Positions 51,601 through 60,075 of a stretch of DNA of 64,000 nt are shown here, in pieces. Made by a program: the position numbers and the translations under genes. The notes below the pieces were generated by a model. It was not told the DNA's origin and searched no databases. It worked only from the letters and a program-made list of their open reading frames with translations. Position 1 is the first letter of the stretch. Each line of letters starts with the position of its first letter. The stretch comes from Octopus sinensis. Its lineage: Eukaryota. The stretch spans positions 28,644,001 to 28,708,000 of the forward strand of contig NC_043018.1 in the NCBI RefSeq assembly GCF_006345805.1, read 5' to 3'.

Positions 51601-54600
51601 CTTGAAGCCAAGTGAAATTATAGTCGTGGCGGATACTGGGGTCACTCAACTGGCACCCGTGCCGGTGGCACATAAAAGCCCCAGCACACTCTGTAAAGTA
51701 GTTTGTTTGTTCCTTCTCGAGCCATCCCTGCCTCATAAGTCCGGTTTCCTTGGCATATAGGTTCCCCACCTAGATGGGATGCCAGTCCGTCGCAGGTGAG
51801 CTGCAAGATGCAGGAGGAAAAAGTGAGAGAAAGTTTTGGCGAAAGAGTCAGCGGAAGTTCACCCTTACCTTCTGCTGGAGCTGTGTGGAGCTTAGGTGTT
51901 TCTCTCATAAACACACACATCACCCAGTCTGAGATTCGAACCCGCAAACCCTCAACTGCGAGTCCGCTGCTCTAACCACTAGACCATGTGCCTCCACATG
52001 GCCTATGCGTATGTGTAGATACATAAACATGTATATCATCATCTATATTTACTGTCCCTTTTCCATGCTGCTATGGGTTGGACATCTTGATTGGAACTGT
52101 CCAGGCCAGGGACTACACCAGGTTCTATTTTGGCCTGATTTCTACAGTGAGATATAAAAAAGAAAATCATAGTTGCCAAAAATACCCTGCCATGAGATTG
52201 AACCTAAGGCTTCATGACAATAAAATGAGCATCTCTAACCATCCAGCTCTACCTCTCTTCTTCCATCTGTAGACCAGTAATCCTGTCAGCGTTAGAAGTG
52301 GCTCTCTTTTTCTCCTTTCTTTCTTCCTCTCATGTCGTCACTCCTTCTCCTCTATACCCCAATGTTCTTTTGAACTCCCTTGCTTCTCTCTACTCTCCAC
52401 ATCTCTTTTCCTACCTCTCCTCCTCCACCTCTCTCTGTCTCCTTTTCCTCTCACAACCTCTCTTCCTCTACTCTGTTGCTCCTCTCTAATCTCATCATCT
52501 CTCTCTTCCTTTCCAGATATTCGCTATATTAGGAACTGTATTCCCAGAAGATGGAGCTCCTGCTTTTGCATTGTACAAGTTCGCTCAGGTAATTCTTTCA
52601 TTTCCATTCATGGATGGTTGATTGTACACACACACACACACACACACACAATGTGTGTATATTGCCCAATGGCTATTTATTAACAACCACAGACTGTCTA
52701 TCTACTAACCACTAAACTGCATGTTCATCCTTTGGCATTTAAACCAACCTTATCTATCTATCTATCAGCTCAGTCGAAGTCGACTCTCAGTTACTCGATG
52801 GATCACTGTTCTCCAGCCAGTTCTATCCTGGGTCGCTTCTTTCAGATTGGCTATGGCCATTCCCGTGTCACTCTTGAGGGTGTCAAGCCAGCGGGTTCTT
52901 GGTCGGCTTCTTCCTCTTTTGCCACTGACCATTCTGAGCATGATGTCCTTCTCCACGGATTTTCTCCACATAATATGACCAAAATATGTCAATCTATGCT
53001 TGGTGATCCAAGCTTCTTGTGACAGTTTCGGCTTGATCTGGTTAAGAACTTCTCCAAAATATTCTACTTGTTTTGTATCAAAACTGACCAGAGCTAACCT
53101 CTCACACCTACCCTACAATGTCATTCTAAAAGTATACAAACACACCACCGAAATTTTGAAGCTACAAAATATACTGTTCTTGAGAAGACCTCGTGAGCCA
53201 AGTGAAATTGTCATGGCTGATGCCAGTGCCACCTGACTGGTACCCATGACAGTGACATGTAAAAAGCACCATTCAAGCGTGGCTGATGCCAGTGCTGCCT
53301 GACTGGCTCCTGTGACAGTGGCATGTAAAAAGCCCCTCAAAATGTATATAAATAAGCAATACATTTGACAAAGAAATCTGAATGCTGAAGGGTTAAGGAT
53401 CTCTCTGCCTGTATACTGACCTGACTACATACTGACCAGTGGCTATGTATATACTGATTACTGTATATACTGGACATTGACCATATACTCTTTACTTGTT
53501 TCAGTCATTTGACTGCGGCCATGCTGGGGCATCGCCTTTAATCAAGCAACTCGACCCCGGGACTTATTCTTTTGTAAGCCCAGTACTTATTCTATCGGTC
53601 TCTTTTGCCGAACCGCTAAGTGACGGGGACGTAAACACACCAGCATCAGTTGTCAAGTAATGCTAGGGGGACAAACACAGACACACAAACACACACGCAC
53701 ATACATATATATATACATATATACGACGGGCTTCTTTCAGTTTCCGTCTACCAAATCCACTCTCAAGGCTTTGGTCGGCCCAAGGCTATAGTAGAAGAGA
53801 CTTGCCCAAGGTGCCACGCAGTGAGACTGAACCTGGAACCATGTGGCTGGTATACAAGCTACTTACCACACAGCCACTCCTGCACCTACACTTACCCATT
53901 AATTTTACAAGGAGGCTGTTCCATTGACTGGATCAATAGGAACACTTGTCATTGTATCTGACAGAGTGCTGGTTAACTTTCTGTCTTAAGGTGGCAAGCT
54001 GGCATAATCATTAGCATATCGGATAAAATGCTTAGTAGCATTTCTTCGACTCTACATTCTGAATTCAAATACCACTGAGATCAGCTTCGCCCTTCACCCT
54101 TTTGGGGTCGATAAATTAAGTACCAGTGGAGTACTGAGGTCGATGTGACCGATGTTACCTTCCCCACAAAACCCAGGCCTCGTGCCTATAGTAGAAAGGA
54201 TTATTATTATTGCTGATGAGGTAGCAAGCTGGCAGAATTTTTAGCATGTTGAGCAAAAATGTTTAGTGGCATTTCGTCTGTCCTTACGTTCTCAGATCAA
54301 ATTCTCCTTTAGGGCGACTTTGTTTTCATTCTTTCGGGGTCAATACATTAAGTACCAGATATAATTAACTAGTCCCTCCCCAATTTCAAATTTCAGGCCT
54401 TGTGTCTTTGGTGGGAAGGATTATTAAGTTAGCAAGCTGCAAGAAATGTTAGCACACTGGACAAGATGCTTAGCAACATTTCGCTTGTGGTTATGTTCTG
54501 AGTTCAAATCCCGCCAGAGTCAACGTTGGTTTTCAGTCTTGATAAATTAAGTACCAGTCAAGTACTGAGGTCAATGTGATCAACTTACCCTCTCCCCCAA

Positions 54601-55108
54601 AATTTCAGGCCTTGTGCCTACAGTAGAAAGGATTATTATTATCATCATCATTAGGGTGATGAGCTGGCAGAATTATTAGCACACCAGGTGAAATGCTTAG
54701 CGGTATAGCGTCTGCTGCTTCATTTTGGGTTCAAATTCCACCGGGGTCACCTTTGCTTTCATCCTTTCGGGGTCAATAAAACAAGTACCAGTTGAACACT
54801 GGGGTTGATGTAATTGACTCATGCCTACCTCCCCCGCAAACTGCCCTTGTGGCAAAAATTTGAAGTAATAATAATTATTATTAAGGTGGCTACTAATAAT
54901 AATTCCTTAATAATACTCTTTTACTTGTTTCAGTCATTTGACTGCGGCCATGCTGGAGCACCACCTTTAGTCGAGAAAATCGACCCCGGGACTTATTCTT
55001 TGTAAGCCCAGTACTTATTCTATCGGTCTCTTTTGCCAAACCGCTAAGTGATGGAGACGTAAACACACCAGCATCGGTTGTCAAGCAATGCTAGGGGGAC
55101 AAACACAG

Positions 55109-55143
<35 letters not shown>

Positions 55144-56374
55144 CGACAGGCTTCTTTCAGTAATTATAGTAATAATATTTTTATAATAATAATATTTATA
55201 CTTAATAATAATAATAATATTATCATTAAGGCTAGCAGACTCATTAGCATGCTGGACGAAATGCTTAGGAGTATTTCACCCGTCATTACGTTCTGAGTTC
55301 AAATTCCACCGAGGTCAACTCTACCTTTCATCCTCTCAGGATTGATGAAATAAGTACCAGTTACGCACTGGGGTCAACATAATTGACTCATCCTCACCTG
55401 CCCCAAGCTGCCCTTGTGGCCAAAAGTTGTAACTATTCTGTTGTGTCTGAGGAGAGTCATTCTCTTTTAGTGCTTTATAATTTAACACACTCACCTGTAA
55501 AATTTCCACTTATTTCTTATTTTTTTAAAGTTTTGTTACATCTTGCAACCTTTTCAATAGTCTTGACTCTGTCCATTATTTACATTGCATTCCTTTTTGT
55601 TCGTGGGTCAGTGTGTGTGTGTGCCTATGCATGCATGCATGTACATATGTATGTATGTATATATGTGTGTGAAGGCGGCAAGCTGGCAGAATCGTTAGCA
55701 CGCCGGGCGAAATGTTTAGCTGTATTTTGTCTGCCGCTACATTCTGAGTTCAAATTCCAACGAGATTGACTCTGCCTTTCATCCTTCCGGAGTCAATTAA
55801 ATAAGTACCAGTTACACACTGGGGTCAATGTAATTGACTTAATCCGTTTCTCTGTCCTTGTTTGTCCCCTCTGTGTTTAGCCCCTTGTGGGTAGTAAAGA
55901 AATGGTATACATGTGTGTGTATGCATCTGTATGTATTCTGCATATTCATGTTCTTGCATGTCCGTGTTTGTAATTATCATTATTATTATTATTATTTATT
56001 ATTGTAATTGTTGTTGATGTCATTTACTCTTTCAGTCAATGGCAGCGGCCATCTCCTTCATGTACAGTATAGCACTTCCACTCCAATGGCAGTTACTCAT
56101 CATGGTCATCTTAGGCACATTTGCTTCCCTCTCGTTTTTCACACTGGAATGGACTATATTTGGAAGACTACCTCGTAAGTATTCCTCTTGTTCTTTCTCT
56201 TATTTCTGTTCTGAGGAGGCACAACAAGTTTGGAGAGAAGTTGATAGGGCAAAGCTGGTTCCTGCTGTAAGAGGAAGGAATGGTTACTCGCATTTAGAGG
56301 AGAGAATGGAAATGAATGAGCAGTTGTTAGAAAGGGGATGCTGTATAATATGTATCATCATCATCGTCATTTAA
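6553..56374 (+). CDS. MFSD11: UNC93-like MFS transporter MFSD11, spliced: join(6553-6657,25548-25603,26426-26533,31331-31410,33549-33645,35656-35853,38710-38744,39948-40013,41811-41936,44689-44857,47866-47929,52517-52588,56036-56374 or 56036-56174 plus a downstream exon)
   Basis: 13 exons with AG/GT boundaries whose phases chain into one open frame (first 12 exons = 1176 nt, 392 aa). Family motifs: NVIILGLAFMFIFTAFQT, GDGYVS, IWTAQGAFLT..NS..TMSRNSGIFWALLQ, GIELTFFSGIYGTC, IGLGEILGGG, SFLLGFGDSIFNTQ, APAFALYKFAQS, WQLLIMVILG..SFFTLEW. These match MFSD11/UNC93-like proteins as I recall them; no database search was run. Confidence 0.92.
9247..10187. mobile_element. Degenerate pogo/Tc1-like MITE interrupted by a SINE
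   Basis: Right end gattatactcgaggatttacggta and a degenerate left end tgccataagtcttcgagtatagtc. Confidence 0.4.
12961..13315 (-). mobile_element. Non-autonomous Helitron-like element
   Basis: Minus strand starts A|TC and ends with the hairpin cccgagcaatgccggg, then CTAG|T. Confidence 0.7.
13343..14603 (-). mobile_element. Mariner DNA transposon (DD34D type), frameshifted and partly deleted transposase
   Basis: 37-bp TIRs cgaggggcgttca(g/a)taagtaatgcccctgacccactt, TA target duplication at 13341-13342 and 14604-14605; MEPVECRAVIWFL..RWHREFK, ITQDKTWVHHYDP, KVMLTVFWD, LLQDNAPIH. Confidence 0.95.
15770..15965 (-). mobile_element. Solo pLTR mini-element with hammerhead 15857-15891
   Basis: Reverse complement: GUUU CUGACGA A GAAC(UCU)GCUC GAAAC GUU AAAC. 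Confidence 0.75.
17895..18056 (+). mobile_element. Solo pLTR related to 4420-4580; degenerate hammerhead 17928-17966
   Basis: Shares ttgaagagc.taggctcgaaa.gt.aaagac and cctgccttcgtcttttgtt with 4450-4560; ends in (TA)n. Confidence 0.65.
19250..19309 (-). ncRNA. Type I hammerhead ribozyme motif, canonical core
   Basis: UGCA CUGACGA GUAA-AG-AGUGCA(CACCAC)UGCACU-GA-UUAU GAAA UCAC(A)GUGA UC UGCA. Confidence 0.75.
19642..19734 (-). ncRNA. Second copy of the expanded-domain-II hammerhead (AUC variant)
   Basis: Inverted copy of 20167-20259 reading GAAACGCGC-AUC. Confidence 0.55.
20167..20259 (+). ncRNA. Hammerhead ribozyme motif with expanded domain II
   Basis: Stem I CCUACG/CGUAGG, CUGAAGA core, GAAAC-GCGC-GUC with palindromic stem III. 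Confidence 0.65.
20601..20640 (-). ncRNA. Minimal hammerhead motif, U3-A8 covariant core
   Basis: AUUC UUGAUAA GUCA(AACUA)UGAC GAA AACCGGUU U GAAU. Confidence 0.6.
21285..21785 (-). pseudogene. PLE GIY-YIG endonuclease segment
   Basis: CARPNCGTC...NLIYVLTCAGCQHNYVGQT..LRKRVAVHK; after a 1-nt frameshift near 21440 it continues PLSDHIDSC..ERINKENLFIEKF; same frame as the RT. Confidence 0.9.
22023..23357 (-). pseudogene. PLE reverse transcriptase ORF segment (444 aa)
   Basis: ADKGSSVVLMD, YGLPKIHK, LRPIVAG, SFDVINLYTNIP, GIAMGTKAAPVLANL, RYLDDCFIIW, LPFLDL, YHKPTDSQQYLLFSSCHP; bounded by in-frame TGA codons, and the frame continues past 22023 into the endonuclease. Confidence 0.95.
25548..25603 (+). 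CDS. MFSD11: MFSD11 exon 2 (KTVLHSASNTTKQGDGYV/S)
   Basis: tttccag| acceptor, AG|GTAGAC donor, 56 nt, G.GY.S motif. Confidence 0.85.
26426..26533 (+). CDS. MFSD11: MFSD11 exon 3 (LGVIYTTFALCNWIAPVIIFLCGTKISMIVGGVTY)
   Basis: catctag| acceptor, |GTGAGT donor, 108 nt, transmembrane helices. Confidence 0.9.
26550..26735. repeat. Degenerate (CAT)n tract directly after exon 3
   Basis: catcat/cattat runs. Confidence 0.8.
31331..31410 (+). CDS. MFSD11: MFSD11 exon 4 (LFILSFLKPIYWTLYFGSVLIGFGAA)
   Basis: ttttccag| acceptor, G|GTAATT donor, 80 nt. Confidence 0.9.
33549..33645 (+). CDS. MFSD11: MFSD11 exon 5 (IWTAQGAFLTNNSNSETMSRNSGIFWALLQC)
   Basis: tttcag| acceptor, AG|GTAAGT donor, 97 nt, UNC93 hallmark WTAQG..RNSGIFW. 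Confidence 0.95.
34246..34546 (+). mobile_element. tRNA-derived SINE family C; copies near 2330-2585 (-), 33860-34230, 34965-35240, 49545-49840, 51760-51990 (-); related head at 40130-40370
   Basis: ggaggcgcaatggtccagtggttagggcagcg head, ggtttcgattccc B box, shared cctaaagctccacgaggctcc body. Confidence 0.8.
35656..35853 (+). CDS. MFSD11: MFSD11 exon 6 (LLWGNIYTYFTFQGKEVISDQMRLQLF...DKLDC)
   Basis: tttttatacag| acceptor, AG|GTAAGC donor, 198 nt, inside ORF 35618-35857. Confidence 0.9.
36080..36480 (+). mobile_element. tRNA-derived SINE family B, dimeric copy. Other copies at about 17340-17500, 27120-27350, 37950-38340, 43570-43740, 46030-46240, 53990-54860, 55230-55420, 55670-55905, 59330-59700, 60420-60800, 63070-63260, 63790-64000
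   Basis: ggcagcgagctgacagaatcgttagca head, gttcaaattcc B box, gcctttcatcctttcggggtcgat..aagtaccag central domain (resembles the Meta-SINE domain as I recall it), 15-bp target duplication. Confidence 0.85.
36495..37227. mobile_element. Non-autonomous hAT-like element
   Basis: CAGGGG...CCCCTG termini with 8-bp target duplication GACCAGAC (36487-36494, 37228-37235). Confidence 0.65.
38710..38744 (+). CDS. MFSD11: MFSD11 exon 7, 35-nt small exon (PANIAGVKSTF)
   Basis: tttcag| acceptor, |GTGAGT donor; it is the exon that converts phase 2 (exon 6) to phase 1 (exon 8). Confidence 0.75.
39581..39798. mobile_element. piggyBac-like MITE; further copies near 27660-28010, 28385-28610 and 39822-39925; a related TTAA-CCCTT family at 42053-42280
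   Basis: TTAA|CCCTT...AAGGG|TTAA termini and a shared about 220-bp body (gagatgctctgtgtttctttcaatt...actaaggtttggtggaagatttt). Confidence 0.7.
39948..40013 (+). CDS. MFSD11: MFSD11 exon 8 (RAFQLFKNKDMLLLLLPFVYT)
   Basis: ttgcag| acceptor, G|GTAAGG donor, 66 nt. Confidence 0.9.
40590..40840 (-). mobile_element. RTE-type LINE C-terminal fragment
   Basis: MERMEEE..V.G.R.RGRPR..WMDGVRK...DRKPWR. Confidence 0.7.
41811..41936 (+). CDS. MFSD11: MFSD11 exon 9 (IELTFFSGIYGTCLANNKHFGDKAKGLIGISGMVIGLGEIL)
   Basis: long poly-T tract then cag|, G|GTAGGT donor, 126 nt. Confidence 0.95.
42550..42975 (+). mobile_element. tRNA-derived SINE family A (about 430 bp, internal (TA)/(TG) tract). Roughly 30 full or half copies, e.g. 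243-697, 4660-5050, 9703-10093, 10820-11275, 12195-12555, 16546-16945, 25697-26090, 29245-29635, 30404-30810, 31563-31935, 40850-41250, 48250-48625, 48680-49080, 53486-53885, 61375-61770, 63395-63790
   Basis: A box TGGCTGTGTGG, B box GGTTCAGTCCC, CORE-like gcaccttgggcaagt, 3' tail ggcggtgctccagcatggccgcagtcaaatgactgaaacaagtaaaagag. Confidence 0.9.
44468..44680 (+). mobile_element. Solo pLTR mini-element abutting the exon 10 acceptor; degenerate hammerhead 44535-44569
   Basis: Same family as 45392-45600; core reads CCGAUGA..GAAAU GUU. Confidence 0.75.
44689..44857 (+). CDS. MFSD11: MFSD11 exon 10 (GGIFGIFGKWTQRYGKDPFILLGYVVHVTACFLAFINLPHDS...YFPS)
   Basis: cacag| acceptor, AG|GTGAGA donor, 169 nt. 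Confidence 0.92.
45392..45600 (+). mobile_element. Solo pLTR mini-element (about 200 bp) with minimal hammerhead 45457-45491
   Basis: CUGACGA-A-GAGC(UUC)GCUC-GAAAC-GUU; near-identical copies at 44468-44680 (+) and 15770-15965 (-). Confidence 0.75.
47866..47929 (+). CDS. MFSD11: MFSD11 exon 11 (IAVALVCSFLLGFGDSIFNTQ)
   Basis: ctttcag| acceptor, CAG|GTAAGA donor, 64 nt. Confidence 0.95.
50452..50860. mobile_element. MITE with about 28-bp TIRs; opposite-orientation truncated copy at 7902-8285
   Basis: atcttttcggtttgaacggcagtttttt / aaaaaactgccgttcaaacagaaaagat; the internal sequence matches 7902-8285. Confidence 0.7.
52517..52588 (+). CDS. MFSD11: MFSD11 exon 12 (IFAILGTVFPEDGAPAFALYKFAQ)
   Basis: CT-rich tract then ttccag|, CAG|GTAATT donor, 72 nt. 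Confidence 0.95.
52765..52992 (-). mobile_element. RTE (BovB-like) LINE C-terminal fragment
   Basis: YFGHIMWRKSVEKDIML..GKRGRSRPRTRWLD..ATQDRTGWRTVIHRVTESRLRL. Confidence 0.8.
56036..56374 (+). CDS. MFSD11: MFSD11 exon 13 (SMAAAISFMYSIALPLQWQLLIMVILGTFASLSFFTLEW...); 3' end uncertain
   Basis: ctttcag| acceptor; frame open to TAA 56372-56374, but a perfect GTAAGT donor lies at 56175. Confidence 0.8.
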   Translation, partial: SMAAAISFMYSIALPLQWQLLIMVILGTFASLSFFTLEWTIFGRLPRKYSSCSFSYFCSEEAQQVWREVDRAKLVPAVRGRNGYSHLEERMEMNEQLLERGCCIICIIIIVI

Positions 56375-56532
56375 TGTTGGCCATGCTGGTATAGGTTGGA
56401 CAGTGTGACCAGGGCTGGCAAACCCGGGAGCTGCACCAGACTCCAGTTTGCTTTGGCATGGTTTCTATGGCTGAATGCCCTTCCTAAGGCCAACCACTTT
56501 ACACAGTATGCTGGGTGCTTTTACATGGCACT

Positions 56533-56780
56533 ACACAGGTGCTTCCATGTGACACTGCACAGGTGCTATTATGTGACACCACACAGGTGCTATTATGTGA
56601 CACCGCACAGGTGCTATTATGTGACACCGCACAGGTGCTGTTATGTGACACCGCACAGGTGCTGTTATGTGACACCGCACAGGTGCTGTTACGCTGCACA
56701 GGTGCTGTTATGTGACGCCGCACAGGTGCTGTTATGTGACGCCGCACAGGTGCTGTTATGTGACACCGCACAGGTGCTTT
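56533..56780 (+). repeat. 24-bp minisatellite, about 10 units (cacaggtgctgttatgtgacaccg)
   Basis: Direct tandem units seen in sequence, giving the HRCYYVTP periodicity in the ORF track. Confidence 0.9.
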
Positions 56781-57517
56781 TATATGGTACCCTCACAATT
56801 GCTTTACATGGCCAGAAGGATCAGTCTTAACACTCCTGCTGCAGAGTACAGATCTTTTTGACTCGTACTCCACAGTGTATATGAATAAATGGTTGACCAA
56901 TTGATTATAAATGATTAACCAATTGATTGATAATAACAACAATAATTGAACCCCAATGAGCATGTTTATTGTTGGCATAATGACCCTTCTAAAAATACAC
57001 TTCACTCACTCAGCTAATCAGAATTGACTTTGTGCATGTAACCAATCAAACAATCCCTTCTTGTTTTGATTCAGTGAATTTCACTTTAAATGGTTTCCAA
57101 TTTCATTGTTCAGGTTTCCTTTGACAATTAGAGATGTCAAACTCAGAGTCACAAAATTTAGTCTTTTGACTTAATAAATCTATTTTGATATTCTAGTTTA
57201 GTAGTATTTCCTTTCCCTTTTTTCTGGTTTTTAACCATTTTCTATTCACTGAAATATTTGCATTCTGGTGTCCATGCCGGTGGCACGTAAAAAGCGCCAT
57301 CCGATCGTGGCCATTGCCAGCCTCGCCTGGCCCCCGTGCCGGTGGCACGTAAAAAACACCCACTACACTCATGGAGTGGTTGGCATTAGGAAGGGCATCC
57401 AGCCGTGGAAACATTGCCAGATCAGACTGGGCCTGGTGCAGTCTTCCGGCTTCCCTGACCCCAGCATGGAAAGCGGACACTAAATGATGATGATGATAAG
57501 TGTTTATGCATATATAA

Positions 57518-57553
<36 letters not shown>

Positions 57554-57689
57554 ACATATATATTATCATCATGAGTTGTGTGTGTGTATAGATATATGTA
57601 CATATATATTATAAACACATGTACAAGTATTCATGTATATGTGTATGTATAGATATATATGTACATATATATTGCACATCCAGCGGATC

Positions 57690-58465
57690 AGCAGAATGAT
57701 CCGCTGGATGTGTAATGTCAGCTGCATGCACGACAGCGTGTAAGTGCCTTGAGAGAAATGTTGGACATAAGAAGCATTGAATGTGGCATGTAGGAGAGAC
57801 GTTTGCATTGGTATGGTCATGTAATATGGATGGATGAAGAGAGATGTGTAAAGAAGTGCCACTCCCAAACACTTGAAGGAATCTGGGGTAGAGGTAGACC
57901 CAGGAATGAGGTGGTCAAGCATGACCTTTGAATGTTGGGCTTCACAGAGGCAATGACAAAAGACCGAGAATTCTGGACATATGCTGTGACTGTGAAGACC
58001 TGACAAATGAAGTGAGTTCATGGCCCACAGGATTGCCTGCTGTGCTTACCTTGGATCGTAGGGTGACCTGCTGTGCTTGAGGAGACCTATTGAGTCAAGT
58101 TCATCAACATCAAATGGAAATAGTAGTTGTGGTACCTGTGCCGGTGGCACATAAAAAACCCCGTCTGAACATGGCCGACGCCAGCACCACCCTGACTGAC
58201 GTCCATGCCAGTGGCACGTAAAAGGCATCAACCGATCGTGGCCGCTGCCAGCCTCCTCTGTCCCCTGTGCCAGTGGCATGTAAAAAGCACCCACTACACT
58301 CATGGAGTGGTTGGCATTAGGAAGGGTATCCAGCTGTAGAAACATTGCCAGATCAGACTGGAGTTTGGTGCAGCCTCTTGGCTTTCCAGACTCCGGTCGG
58401 ACCGTCCAACCCGTGCTAGCATGGAAAACAGGCATTAAACAATGATGATGATGATGATGATGATG
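57690..58465 (+). mobile_element. RTE-clade LINE 3' end with long 3' UTR and (GAT)n tail. UTR-only copies at about 18715-18965, 29900-30400, 32140-32580, 32790-33495, 43225-43565, 45123-45365, 51330-51690, 56370-56830 and 57255-57495
   Basis: MIRWMCNVS..ALREMLDIRSI..RRLHWYGHV..RGRPR..HDL..TEAMTKDREFW, then gtgccggtggcacgtaaaaagcac repeats and the gacgttaaacgatgatgat tail. Confidence 0.8.
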
Positions 58466-59714
58466 ATATATATATATATATATATATACTATAAATATAC
58501 ATACGCTTAAATGTGTATATGTATGTGTGCATGGAGATAAGTGCAGGAACTCGTGACAGTCTGAAGGAAATGAAGCATGCATGATGTGCAGGGTTTGTGG
58601 AAATATTGTACCTCAAAATAGAATTAGACTTGACCAAAGAGAAATCAGATGCAATGGGCATAAGAGGAAATTTCAATGGCATGGCTGTGTGTTACACATT
58701 TGCATCTCCAAAGTCCATCCCCTCCTCACCGTGGTGGGGATGCTGGCAACGGGTAGTGTCAGAGCTATGCCGTCGGGAATTTCGGTTCCTGGTAGGGCCA
58801 CCCAAGGTGGATTGGTCTGACACCGAGTGGTATTAGGGCCACAACCCGGCAGACGGGGCTCTGGTGAAAATCCTTGTTCTGTTCCTGCATCTGCAGACAA
58901 TCTGCGGCAAACAGGATGTCTCTACATGCGGGATTGTTGGGGACCGCTTGTGAAATCCACATATTCCCACGAAACTTCTTCCAAGGAAGAAGCCGACTCA
59001 ACCCACCCAGGGTGAATGTCGCCACAAGTACAAGTAAGTAAGTGTTACACATGAAGGATGAAGTTACGCATGAAGTGTCTCATACTCCATATATGGCATA
59101 TACCCATGTCACCACAGTCTTCTCTCTTGCACAATACTTTTTCTCCCAGCTTATTTGTACTCCAAAGACGATGCACACAAACACTACACCTTCAGTTGAA
59201 GTCTGCTAACTTTATATCTTTTTAGTCTTTGCAAATCTTCTACATTCAAAGCCCATGCTGTGTTATTCTACATGGGTATTACTGTTACCATGTGTGTGTA
59301 TACATGTTTGTATATGTGTCTATGTAGGAGGGCGGCGAGCTGGCGGAAACGTTCTGAGTTTAAATTCCGCCGAGGTCGAATTCACCTTTCATCCTTTTGG
59401 GGTCGATAAATTAAGTACCAGTTATGCACTGGGGTTGATATAATCGACTTAATCCATTTGTCTGTCCTTGTTTGTCCTCTCTGTGTTTAGCCCCTTGTGG
59501 GTAGTAAAGAAATAGGTATTTTGTCTGTCGTTATGTTCTGAGTTCAAATTCCGCCGAGGTCGAATTTGCCTTTCATCTTTTCAGGGTCGATTAAATAAGT
59601 ACCAGTTACGCACTGGGGTCGATATAATCAACTTAATCCATTTGTCTGTACTTGTTTGTCCCCTCTGTGTTTAGCCCATTGTGGGTAGTAAAGAAGTAAG
59701 TATGTTTATATGTC

Positions 59715-60075
59715 TATGGGTCTGCTGAAAAGTTCCTAGCTTTGGGTAAAAGAAAATACAAGAGGATCCGTTAAATTCCCATATTAGCAATCCTTTATTT
59801 TTTTTCTAACTCTGTAATAGAACTCAGAAGGTTAGACCTCCAACCAAGCCTTTCACAAAATCCTTAAAGCCAGGAAATTTCCAGCACCCACTCATACTCC
59901 GAGGGCATGTTGAAAAGCTCTTGTCTTTGAGTAAAATATAATATTTAACATATTTCCCTCTCAGATTCACAAACTTATTGCAGCGGTCTTACAGTTTATC
60001 TAAGCTCTGTAAAAGAACTTGGACATTGCTGGCTTTAAGGGTATCAATGAAGGCCTGGTTGGAGGCCCAACCTTC
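59715..60075 (-). mobile_element. Mariner remnant/MITE
   Basis: Minus frame LDKL*DRCNKFVNLRGKYV resembles a mariner transposase C-terminus; repeated gctgaaaagttcct.gcttt ends. Confidence 0.45.

Noticed and set aside
56533-56780. CRISPR-like periodic repeat
   Set aside because: Units are contiguous with no unique spacers, and the context is eukaryotic
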